NCBI GenBank assembly: GCA_051362555.1
Contig: CM120644.1
Span: forward strand, 3,108,954-3,172,953
Length of the DNA: 64,000 nucleotides
Origin: Lingula anatina
Taxonomy: Eukaryota; Animalia; Brachiopoda
Direction of reading: 5' to 3'
In this document: in pieces, positions 25,201-52,400 of the stretch
Layout: the number at the start of each line of letters is the position of its first letter
Position numbering within the stretch: position 1 is the stretch's first letter
Notes under the pieces: model-generated
Databases searched by the model: none
What the model saw: the letters and a program-made list of their open reading frames with translations, nothing else
Told to the model about the DNA's origin: nothing
Translations under genes and position numbers: made by a program

Positions 25201-27975
25201 TGTATCTCCAAAACTGGCAGAGATAGGTCCATAGTTACTATTGAACTTGAATAGGAAGTCATATACTGGCAATCTAAATGTGACCTTAAAATTGACCTTT
25301 GACCTACTTTTCACCATGAACTGAACTTTGCAAATTTTGCTTCCCTTTTATCTCCAAAACTGGCAGAGATAGGTCCATAGTTACTATTGAAGTTGAATGG
25401 GAAGTCATATACTGGCAATCTTAATAAGACCTTAAAATTGACCTTTGACCTACTTTTCACCATGAACTGAACTTTGCAAATTTTGCTTCCCTTATATCTC
25501 CAAAACTGGCAGAGATAGGTCCATAGTTTCTATTGAAGTTGAATGGGAAGTCATATACTGGCAATCTTAATGTGACCTTAAAATTGACCTTTGACCTACT
25601 TTTCACCATGAACTGAACTTTGCAAATTTTGCTTCCCTTATATCTCCAAAACTGGCAGAGATAGGTCCATAGTTTTTATTGAACTTGAATGGGAAGTCAT
25701 ATACTGGCACTCTAAATGTGACCTTAAAATTGACCTTTGACCTACTTTTCACCATGAACTGAACTTTGCAAGTTTTGCTTCCCTTATATCTCCAAAACTG
25801 GCAGAGATAGGTCCATGGGTACTGTTGAACTTGAATAGGAAGTCATATACTGGCAATCTAAATGTGACCTTTAAATTGACCTTTGACCTACTCTTCACCA
25901 TGAACTGAACTTTGCAAATTTTGCTTCCCTTTTATCTCCAAAACTGGCAGAGATAGGTCCATAGTTACTATTGAACTTGAATAGGAAGTCAAATACTGGC
26001 AATCTTACTGTGACCTTGAAATTGACCTTTGACCTACTTTTCACCATGAACTGTTTTTTGTAAATTTTGCTTCCCTTTTATCTCTAAAACTGGCAAAGAT
26101 AGGTCTATAGTTACTATTGAACTTGAATAGGAAGTCATATACTGGCAATCTAAGTGTGACCTTGAAATTGACCTTTGACCCACTTTTTATCATGAATTGA
26201 ACTTTGCAAATTTTGGTTCCCTTTTATCTCCAAAACTAGCGAGATAGGTCCATAGTTACTATTCAAATTGAATAGGAAGTCATATACTGGCAATCTAAGT
26301 GTGACCTTGAAATTGACCTTTGATCTACTTATTATCATGAACTGAACTCTGCTAATTTCTTTCTCTTTTAACTCCAAACCTGGCAGAGATAGGTCCATAG
26401 TTACTATTGAACTTGAATAGGAAGTCATATACTGGCAATTTACTGTGACCTTGAAAATGACCTTTCACCTACAGTACCTTACGATGAACTTAAATTTGAT
26501 TGTACCATTTTTAGTTTCATATATTTTTTGCAAATATTGAAAATTCTTGTTGATTGCATGTTTACAGCTTGTCAAGCACAAGACTGGTGGCTGTGTCCCT
26601 TATTTTGTGTATGTGGGGGTCTATACGAATGCGCTTGCTCCAGCTGGTGGTACAATATTCAGAGGCGGTATCGCCTCTCTGATCCTCTAGTTAGGAAAGG
26701 TCGTTGTATAACGAAAATAGACACGACATAAAATGCCCCTTTTCTTTCCAACGCACCACCACCCACCCGTCTTCTTGACGAGATTTGAGACAAACTCCTG
26801 TAAAACAACTGACTGCGTTAACCTTGCCATAAATGATTCAGAAGCGGTAATGCCAAGTAATTGTACAGATTGATGGACCAACTAGCTAGTAAACCGCAGC
26901 GGAGAATTCGCTATCTAACCATTAGTCGATATTTTTCTACTGAAAAGAACGGGTCAGACTTTTATAACATACATGTATTCTTAGTGTCTCTGCGTTCAGC
27001 ATTCCGAAATAAACATTTTTGCCAATCTGTTGCTTTTGTATGTAACATTATTTCAGAATTATATTAACTGGAGGTTTGATATACAAATATGAATATATTT
27101 TACTTCAAACGTAGAAAACTGAATAACTCTGAAAGGCTAGCCCTCTCTGTGCCATGAACTCATTCGACATGATCAGTATCACTGAGAGGCGGTAGACTGG
27201 TAAGTATTTGTATACAGAATAATATTGATTGCCAATCTTCACGTTCAAACTGTCTGTCTCAAAATAAATAACTGACGGAACTGCCTTTTATGGTGCCGAC
27301 GTTAAAATGGATACAAATTGTGATGAAAGTACTGTCACTCATGTTTATGATGATGTTGACAGAATTTTTAAAGTTTTTGATTTCTACGCGGCTGGGGGAG
27401 GCACAACCACATATGGCGCAGTGTTATAAAGAGCAATTCTCACTAGACTGGTCCCTTTACACAGTCTCATAACACCAGTGTCTTGCGATGCCTCAAGCTG
27501 TCGCCAAGGTACAACTAATAAAGGGGGGTAAATGATCCACATTTGTTGAAAAAGACCCCCCTCCTTCTTTTGAACTAGCTGGCTACAAGCCTGGCTTTCT
27601 GATAAGGACCATCAGTTTACCTGCATTGATGGCACTGTCCATAGGATACACCCCAGATTTACTGGAGAGGTTGACATCCGCTCCTTGCTGTAGTAGATAT
27701 TCAATCATCTCTATGTTTCCCCTGCTTGCTGCTCTGTGGAGGGATGTGTAGCCTTTATTGTTCTGGTGGTTTACATCACAGCCTATAGTATAACAGTATT
27801 TTACTGATATTACTGTATACAATATAATAATGATATATACACAATAAATGATGAATAAAAAAAAAACATTATTTCTCTTTCCTCAAAAAGTGTCTTTAAG
27901 AGGTACATGCTTTACAACTTTTTTTTAATAAACAAGAATAATGAAAAAAATAAAATAAAATAAAATAAAATAAAA

Positions 27976-28026
<51 letters not shown>

Positions 28027-29500
28027 ATGAAATGAACCCAATATTAAAACTGTAATCACTGTGTTAGTTGTACAGGACACAATCAGAAAGTGAAGCATCA
28101 CCTTCCTGTATGAGCATTTCCAGTACTGTCAAGTCGGGCTGTGGTGTGTTGAGGACTCCAAATGTGGCCAGATACAGTGCCGAGTCCCCTTCTTCTGTCA
28201 GTAGACTGGGATCAGCACCTGGATACAGGAGATAGATATAGTACTTCCTGTGTGTGTGTCTCTTTGCCTACATGCGAGTAAGGGTGCATTCCCAGAGATT
28301 TAGATCGATCCAGAGATTTAGATTTAGATCGACTTAACTCCCTGGGGGTTCACGCTAAATTGCAGTCAGCCGAGCGGGCACCATAGTTAATTACCCCCTT
28401 ACAGCTTTTTAGTAGGCGGGACAGACGCTTAAGCTGGCTAAGCTGACAGTAATCTAGTGAGACTCCCCACAGGGATAGATCGATCTAAAATCTATGGGAA
28501 TGGGGTCTAAGTGTGGGTGTGTCCATGTTTCTTTTTGTGTGTCCACATTTCTGTGTGTGTGCATGCGTGAGACTTTGTTTGCTTTATGTGTATGTGTCTT
28601 ACACCTCTGTGCTAAATAACATTTGGCTGGTAGCCAATCAGACTGTTTGAAGTACTATAATAATTTTCAGTGAGAATTAACTTACCATGGTTCAATAAAT
28701 ATTCAATCAGTTTTCCTTCTCCACTAAGACAGGCACACTGCAAAGAGGTTGAGAATATCAGATTACATCATCAAGATGAATATAATTGTAATAATATTCT
28801 TGTGTAATGTTATTGTATTCATTTTGTACTCCATCCAATTACTTTTTCTTTCCATCTTACATACATTCTTAAGCATGTTTTTCTCTGTTTAACTGATATT
28901 GTATTGTATTAAATAATGGATAAATAAATAAATAAATTTAGTCGCTTACAAATAAAGCCAACATCTTCTTACCAGAAATAAGGAGAGCCCATTGGCAGGC
29001 AGCCTATAATTGATGTCATAGTTGTGTCTGTGTAGCATGTCCAGTACTGCCTCTGTATGCCCTTTAACATATGCTGTCTGGAATATGAACATCAAATACA
29101 AAACATATTAAGCTTTTATTTGGTTGTTTACTTTAAAAACATTCTGATCAGACAACAGCACTGGAGTTATTATTATTGATTGACTATCGAGATGAATCAA
29201 TCTAGAAATATTTAATACATATTTAGTTAAACCAAGGTTGGTTATTTAATAGTGGAAGAAGTCTTTTTCATTTTCTTTCTTCCTTCAAAGTTTTTTAAAC
29301 AAAGAAGACTTGCTTTACAGATGCAATTTTGAAAAATCTGAATAAAAAATGAATTGTTTAAGAAAATTATAAACTGTGCACTGACCAACTGAGCAGTGCA
29401 TAACAATGCTCATACCTTTGCTAGATCAAATATAGTCATGGTGCTGTAATTTATGTTGTAATATTTTCCTCTCTTCATGGACAATTTGGTAGATACTGAA

Positions 29501-29563
<63 letters not shown>

Positions 29564-30473
29564 GATAGTGAACTTTTTAATTTGACAAGGACAAAAGTAA
29601 TGGACTTTCAATTTAGGCAATGAGCACAGATGAAACATTATAGAACCAGGCTAGGAAGATAATACCCTTACTGTGCATTAAACTTGCACAACAACTTGAC
29701 AATTTTTAACCAATGTTCTAATTGTAATAACTGTGTTAGTTGTACTAACACAACTGCATTTACTGCCACACCCACCTTGCATTATGACATTATAGATAAT
29801 TTTCAAGATGCTGAGTATCATGACCACACATGTAAAACCCACAATTGTCTTCTGGTTGAAGACAAGGGAGAGCAGTCCCCTGATGTAGGCCAGCCACAGT
29901 GGCCAGTTGGTGTTCACATACAGCTTGACTGTATGGTACTGAACCGATGCATAACAGACACCTGAGATTAAGTAGAAATATGAGTATTCAGTGTCAAGTA
30001 TAAGTATATTCCTATATCATCATTTAGTCAATTTCTTTTAATTTCTATCTTTAATTTATTTCATGAATATTCACAAACAGAGGCCAGTTGATGTCCACAT
30101 ACAGCTTGACTGTATGGTACTGAACCGACGGGGGCGTCTTGTGAATCCGAAGGTTCATTGGTCCAAAAATCAATTGTATGAACCACTAATTAAGTTTATC
30201 TCCCAGTAAACTATACACTTTATTCATGCATTAATTCGGACTATCGAACCTTCAGGCAATTGGTACGTGCTTTTAAATAGTGAAATTGTAAAACTCACCT
30301 TCAGCTGTCAAATTCTGCACCCCCGTCCAAGTGTATCTTAAGCCCTCTTCCACCGAGTGCTGGACATCCTTGACCCATGTCCATTCAGTGTCCTTAATTG
30401 TCCTAAACACTTCACTGACCACTCTGGTCACCACTGAGCCAATGGCAGAGACACTTATATATAGGTACTCCAT
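22262..30473 (-). CDS. Ankyrin-repeat protein with N-terminal predicted transmembrane region, ~346 aa
   Basis: Exons 30473-30299, 29961-29776, 29495-29416, 29077-28973, 28737-28686, 28218-28102, 27782-27621 and 22425-22262 join in frame (1041 nt). Ankyrin motifs GLSLFLCACLSGEGKLIEYLLNHGADPS, GDSALYLA, GYTSLHRAASRGNIEMIEYLLQQGADVN; hydrophobic segment IVGFTCVVMILSILKIIYNVI. Confidence 0.88.
22743..26692 (+). mobile_element. Helentron-associated non-autonomous element (HINE/DINE-like) carrying a central tandem array
   Basis: 15-bp sub-terminal IR tattgtaccaccagc (22744) / gctggtggtacaata (26643); 5' hairpin gtaccaccagcg-tagg-cgctggcggtac; (ccgccggct)n microsatellite at ~22803-22838; 3' stem-loop agaggcg-gtat-cgcctct (26661-26678); ends ctagtt. 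Confidence 0.85.
23738..26490. repeat. 146-bp satellite-like tandem array, ~19 copies
   Basis: tctccaaaactggcagag recurs at 23745, 23891, 24037 and onward (period 146); copies are highly similar and degrade at the 3' end. Confidence 0.97.
28282..28507 (+). mobile_element. MITE family A
   Basis: taa|gggtgcattcccagag ... ctatgggaatggggtc|taa; TAA target-site duplication. Confidence 0.88.
29501..29560. repeat. (AAT)n microsatellite next to a splice acceptor of the ankyrin gene
   Basis: About 20 perfect aat units. Confidence 0.95.
30129..30256. mobile_element. MITE family C (tccgaaggttcattgg sub-terminal repeats), degenerate copy
   Basis: cgggggcgtct...tccgaaggttcattggtcc matches the reverse complement of the 31400-31452 end. 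Confidence 0.65.
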
Positions 30474-31276
30474 AGGTTTATGCTATCATGTAATGCTCAT
30501 GTAGCAGTATCCCATTCGTAAGTGCAATTATGTAATTATTACCAGGAATCCATTGACTGTGGCTCATCAAAATATTAAAATGAATCCCTCTAAGTTGTAT
30601 TACCTGGAATTAGATAAATCTTAGCCATGTTTCCCAAAAACTTGTAATAAAATGGCCAAAGTTGTCTCCTTGAAAGTTCTTGACAGCCTGGGTGACAAAT
30701 ACAGTAAATTCTGTAACGTGACAGAATTTACTATTTGTCGAACAAATTTAAATAAAAAGACAGTCAGGCACTGTGCTTTTGTTAAAGCATTAAACCATTA
30801 GCTACAATAATCATTCTGCAAACTTTGTCGATACTTTTCGTAGTTGAACTTGCAGTGAAACGAAACTGAAATAGACTGAAGTCAACTGCATTTTTAGCAG
30901 ACGACACACGCACACATTTTTCAAAACCAATCAATAAAAGTATATTTCTTCGCCGTTCAAATCATCTTGAATACTACCCCATATATAAATAAAGTATACT
31001 TTATTTGAAGATCATTGATCTTGTTCAAATATTACTTACCATCTAGTTATTTAGTGTTCTGAAAAAGAAAATTCTACCGGAAGAGATTTGCAGCCGGTGA
31101 GAAACGTGCGCAGTCGACCTAGTGCGCACATATTAGTAGATTTCGCTTCCTGTGCAATATGAAGGCGAAAGAAAAAAAAAAAAACTTTCTTCTACCGCAC
31201 ACATTTTATGAACATTTGCTCTATGAAGTTTTTATAAACAATGAACTAGTTTACATTATGGGTCACGGGATATTAT

Positions 31277-31452
31277 GGGGGCCGTAGCGATAGTCCGAAG
31301 GTTCAATAGTCCGAAGGTTCATTGGTCCGAATGTTCACTATAGAACCTTCGGACCAATGAACCCTTGATTAAAAAATCGATGAAAATGTTACCACTTTTC
31401 GGACCAATGAACCTTCGGACCAATGAACCTTCGGACTATCGAGACGCCCCCG
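31277..31452. mobile_element. MITE family C, foldback-like
   Basis: Left arm gggggccgtagcgatagtccgaaggttca(a/t)t repeats; right arm ttcggaccaatgaaccttcgga repeats ending gagacgcccccg. Confidence 0.8.
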
Positions 31453-33019
31453 ATATTATAACTGAAACTGAAGTTTGAAAGAGTATTGATTTTACACTTT
31501 AAAAAAATTAATGTTTATTCATTTTCAAAAATTATTATTATTGTTTTTATTTTTAGGGGGTTATTCAACCTTTAGGAGTTCGGCCTTCACGTGATGCATG
31601 ATTGAAATAGGCGCCGGCCTTAATTGAGAAAATTAATGTGAATGTGCATTTGACAAAAATGTGAATGTCATTAAGTTTTAACAATTTCGAACTCTTTGGC
31701 TAGCACAGAGAGTGACACTTTTTCGTTCAATATTTTATAAATTTAGCTCGCAATCATATGTTGCAGAAGAGTCTTAAAGTTTTTGGTGGAACTTTCTCTT
31801 TACGTCCCCGCATCGTTGATTCGCTACCACTGTCAAAAATGTTACAACAAGTAATTTTCTAACAGAAAACATTTCATACCCCCGACGTGCAATGGCACTT
31901 TCGTCACACTTATAGTCTGAAGGGAGGTGGCAGAAAATTGCAAATTAAAATGTGAATAAATTAAATAAAACCACTTGACTCTGGAGGCAACCCCACGCTC
32001 GTTCTCACTGAAATCCAAGGGAGCCCATGCACATCCCCGAATTTACAGATTTATTAATCCCTCAAGTTCCTCTCTCCTCCCTGCCAGATGTAGTGCACGG
32101 TAACCAGGTAACTCCACCCACATCCAACTTGTATAAATATAAAACCCTTTGAGAGACTTAAAAAAACTGGTTGCAAAATGCGTATTCACGCTTTTCTTTG
32201 GTTGCAAACTGCGACTTTTCGCAACCGACTGCGTGTTGCGACCGGTTTCAAAATGCGTAACTTAGTTGCTACTTTACAAAATGTTCCAAGAGGATCTGCG
32301 AGTTACCACTTGATCAGACTAGTGATAGAAGTTTAAACTCGCGCCAATGGAACTCTTTTTAAAAGGAAGATAATACCGATTGTACATGTACCACTAATCA
32401 GATGCGTATGATCTTTTGAAAGGCCTAAGACTGGTTTGCCCATTACACCTTCCAGTGTCAAAATGCAGTTAAAGCTGTTTATATTCCTTGCATTAATTTC
32501 AACAATTTCTTCCTTCCTTTTTTCACTTGTGACGCTCTTACTTTTCTTTATTATATGCTACAAAAATGACAGAGAATTGGCAATCTAGCTTAAAAGTTTT
32601 CTTTATTTTCAAATTTGGGTCACAAACCCAGACAACTGTTCTTTTTATTTCCAATTGACGTACCCACTTGTTCACATCGCAGAGAGAATCATGATCATAT
32701 CCCAGTCTTCTCTGGAACGCTTTTCACTTTGCAACTTGTACTATTACATTTCCATTCTGCTCAATGCAGCTGTTCACAAGGTCAACTTCAGAGCCTTTGG
32801 AAAATCACAAGTCAACGTACGTCATTAACAATGGGGCTCAACCCCAATACGTCACTATATGATTGTTTCCTACTTTCTCGTTTTTTTTTGTTTTGTTTTA
32901 ATAGGGATCTAAATTTTCACGTATCACAAACAACAGCATACATCATGCAGTACCCCTTCTTGCTCCACTTTCAAACCTCCCATTTCTGAAGGTGGTTCAT
33001 TCAACAAAATGCCAGCAAC

Positions 33020-40631
<7,612 letters not shown>

Positions 40632-41199
40632 GTCTGCTCAGGTTGGGGGAATTAAGTTACAGTGAACTTCCCTGCGGCAATCGCTCAATTCATAGCTAAA
40701 ACATTTGAGAGATTTTTGCACGTCAACAACTTTCTAATTGAAACTAATGGGTGTTTTCTTGTCACCATTTTTAAAAGAAAATATACTGTATTCCAAACAT
40801 TTTCATGATTTCAACTGGCAGTTCCATCAAAATCAAACTAAAATGTTAGTGTACCTTTTATCTTATTTTTCTGCAATTGTATTTGTAGATTATAGATTAA
40901 TCTTGGTATTAGCATTAAACGTGCATTAACTGCATTCAAAATATGAAATGCACACCCTGGCCCACTACGTCTAAAGACTGACAAAAAAGCTTCACAAGAC
41001 GGCAAAATACTGTATTTCCCCGGCGCCAGAACAGCGAGTTGTCGGCTCGAATCGTCGTCAACACATGAAACCAAGGCTCTCTCCTACCTGTTTTCGGTAT
41101 GAATCCGTTTTCTCATTATCATTAAACGTTTAGAAAATGATGAACTATTCGGTCCGTATCTAAATATACATTTCTATCTTTGAAAGGTATTTGAAAAAA

Positions 41200-41489
41200 T
41201 GTATACTTACGTAGAATTCACGTTTCAAGCACACGCCGGAAGTAATAAGCTTACGCATGCGCAGTGCAATTTCCGTTTCAATCTTCAAAACAACCTACGA
41301 AGTAATACCGTTTTTGTCCCTTTTTCGTGGAAACCGTAACATTTCCAGCATATGATTGCTCAAAGGGTTATCTCTGGAAAGACAGGGCCATTGGTTTAGG
41401 TTCGTCTATGAGAAAAAGCTTGACCTACTTCTTAACTTTTGACGCGTGGAATTGTGGGACATTTTTGCAACTACAACAAATCTGACAAG
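41200..41489. promoter_or_regulatory. Probable bidirectional promoter shared by DDX23 and BBS5
   Basis: Minus-strand donor tac|gtaagt at ~41210 (candidate non-coding first exon of DDX23) lies <300 bp from the BBS5 ATG; ETS motif ccggaagt (~41236) and NRF1-like acgcatgcgca (~41253). Confidence 0.6.
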
Positions 41490-49421
<7,932 letters not shown>

Positions 49422-52400
49422 CAGGAGTTGACTGAGCTGCCATCTATAGTCTAAAACTGAAAACTGTGTGGAATGTGTTGTAACACCTAGAGTTGACTGA
49501 GCTGCCATCTATGAATGAAAACTATACTAAACGGAGAACTATGTGGAGGGTGTTAAAAATAACGCCTAATTTAGTGAGCTGCCATCTGAAAACACACTGA
49601 ATTAAAAACTGTGGAGGACTGCACTCATGGAATGTATTTTTTTTTATTTCATGGTATTCATTGTTGTCATTCTCTTATTGTTCATCCTGATAGTGGGTCT
49701 GTTTGTTCAGTTTTGGTATATCTCAACTTGTTTAAATATCGCAACTTAATTGTATATTCTCATTATGAAGTAATGCTATCCGTCCAGTGAACAAAGACCA
49801 CTTAATTGGCTACTACCCTGGAGAATATCGAGTATGTTGTTTAGGACATTGTACCATTGGCTGGTTTAAGATTTCATAAGTCTGAAGATAAACAGCAACT
49901 TGGTGGTGGAGAAGAACAGAATTTCAGTAAATGTGTGTTTGTGATGCAGCTGATATATAATATCCATTTACTGGGTAGATAAAGCATTCCAAATGCATTT
50001 CTTAATGCAAAGATGTTTTTATATCCAGTTATTTGAAAAAAAATCATGCTATCTGTTTTATACATGTATATTTAAATTATAAAATTTTGTATATTGCACT
50101 TTTATTAGCCTTAATAGGTGAAATGAGAAATTTTTATGTATATTTGTGGGTATTCATAAATACCTGTCTTTATAACAACAACTGGTTTATGTTTTGAATT
50201 GATAATTCATTTCTCAAAAGTGCACGTTCTCAAAATCAAGGGTCAACATGGCTCACAAACGTTAAATGTTTATATGTCCTTGAATAATTAATAATGAACA
50301 TTTTAAAGACTGATTTAAAACCACTGCAACTGCTACAACACAATCTGGTTATTTGTAAGCTTACCAATGTTGTTTCTAAGAGAAAGATAAGCGATTTATA
50401 TAACCCCCTCCCAAAATGAAAGTATTCCTAAAATTATTACTCTAAAATTATAATGGAATGGTGTGTTTTAAGACACTTGGTTTTAGAGTCCAAAAGCCCA
50501 CTGTATTTTATGCTAATATTATACTTATCAGTTGAAATATTCACAGACAAAACAAGAGTGGTCCTTTATTAAAAAGCTGGTCATTTCACATTTTTATACC
50601 AACAGAAGTCGTACTACGTGCACATGATTAAGTTGTATCAAGTCTGTTATAACTCCTTGGTTGTAATTAACTCTTTATACCATTTGTTTAAAATATTCTT
50701 TATGTCTAAAAAGACTGAAATTTGATGATTAGTTACTATTAATTTTTAACATATTATTTATTCATTTATTTAATTTGAGGGGGTGGGGGGGTGGGGGTTC
50801 GGTTTCGTATGAGATCCAAAGGAGGAACTGTGGACCATCAAACATCGAAGCTTGAAATAGCTATCTAAATAGCCCCTAACGCAATGGCTGAGATCTCCTC
50901 TAACACAATGGCTCTACTTCATTCATTGATTGTCAGGTGCGTGTATATATAATGGTGAAGTTTACCGCAGTTTGCTCGGGCACATCACTGGTCCGGCTAA
51001 TAATGGATGCAAGAATAATGTTTTTGGTATTTTAAAACTGAAATCTCAGAAACAGTGCTGTTTGTGAAATTAATGCAATGTATGCTTTCTCCTCCCTAAT
51101 TTCTATTTCTTTATTTTTTTTCATTAGCATAATTATTTAATCTGATTTTATCGTAAATGTTTTATTTTTTCACAATATTATTTTTTATCTTTTTGCTTAT
51201 TTATTATTTCTATCAGCATCATAATTTTTTACAATAGTCAGATTGTGTCAAGAGGATGTTCAATATAAACACAGGCACTGATTAAACAAACACCATCCCA
51301 TTAGCCTACATGTATGTGATTCATTTCCTTAGAGCAACATAACCGCTTAACACAACCTAAACAGGAGGGGTGTTTAACTAACAATTTCTTGTTTTTGTTA
51401 AGTTTACTTCCTTATTTTGGCACATAGTATCATTTTAATATGATGAGGATATTTTATAATGATAACATTGTAAGAGATGAGCCAAAAATATTCATTTCGT
51501 GCAGATATTTTGTAGTATTGTAAGCGGCATTTAATCCCAACATCCGGCAATAAGGAAGCTCCTTAGAAGAGTAAGACAATAGCTCAGCGAGTCATGATTT
51601 TACTTTAATCCAGTATTCTTCCAGTTGCAAACATATTACAAAACCTTAGACTATTGAAAACACCACATTTTAGACATTTCTCGAAGGTGAGTTGATAATT
51701 TTTAGCAGTATTTCTAGAGGAAGCATGGAAATAGTTCCTGTTTAAGTGTAGTTAAGGCTGCTCCCAGTAGTATAGTAGCATTACGAGTTGAAATGCCATT
51801 CATATAAAACCTTAATGTCTTTAACATATCCGATACTATATGGTGTGGCAACTTGCAGATGATATGGTACCATTATGAAAAACAATGAAATCATCGCGGA
51901 TAGGAGATTTGTGAGACTTTTTCTAGTTAAGTTTAATTTGATAACGCCTCTTTAAAAGTTTAATTAAATGTCGAGCGGATGAGTGACGGGCAGCTTGAGG
52001 AGGAACTGCCACTAAACTAATGGCATTAACATAGTCCCATAGGATTGTTACATACGTATCCATGTATGATATGATATAAATCCAAAAAACCTCATCTGGA
52101 TATTTTCAACCTTGACAAGTACTTTTTTACACTTATTGTCCTCTAGCTTGCTCACTATTTGCAGACATAAGATTTACTGTGCAATCATGAAATTCCAAGA
52201 TTTTAAACTAATTTGCCATGTATCATAAGCCTCTCTCTCCCCCCTCCTCCCCAGATTCCAGGTGGATTAAATGTTTTGTCCTGTGTTAAATGGTCTAAGA
52301 ATATTTCAACCTAGTGTCCAAAAGAAAAGAAGAAAAAAAAATTGTTCCCTTTCATACATGTGACCTGCTGATCAGTGGGTGATTGTTATAATGTCACTTT

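Noticed and set aside
26150-26428. 92-aa ORF within the satellite
   Set aside because: Chance open frame in degenerate 146-bp monomers; no Rep/helicase similarity.
32615-32989. 124-aa + strand ORF
   Set aside because: Antisense to the DDX23 3' UTR, non-ATG start, no motifs.
51560-51692. Possible non-coding first exon of integrin beta (donor aag|gtgagt at 51687)
   Set aside because: Plausible given the acceptor at 54582, but not supportable without transcript data.
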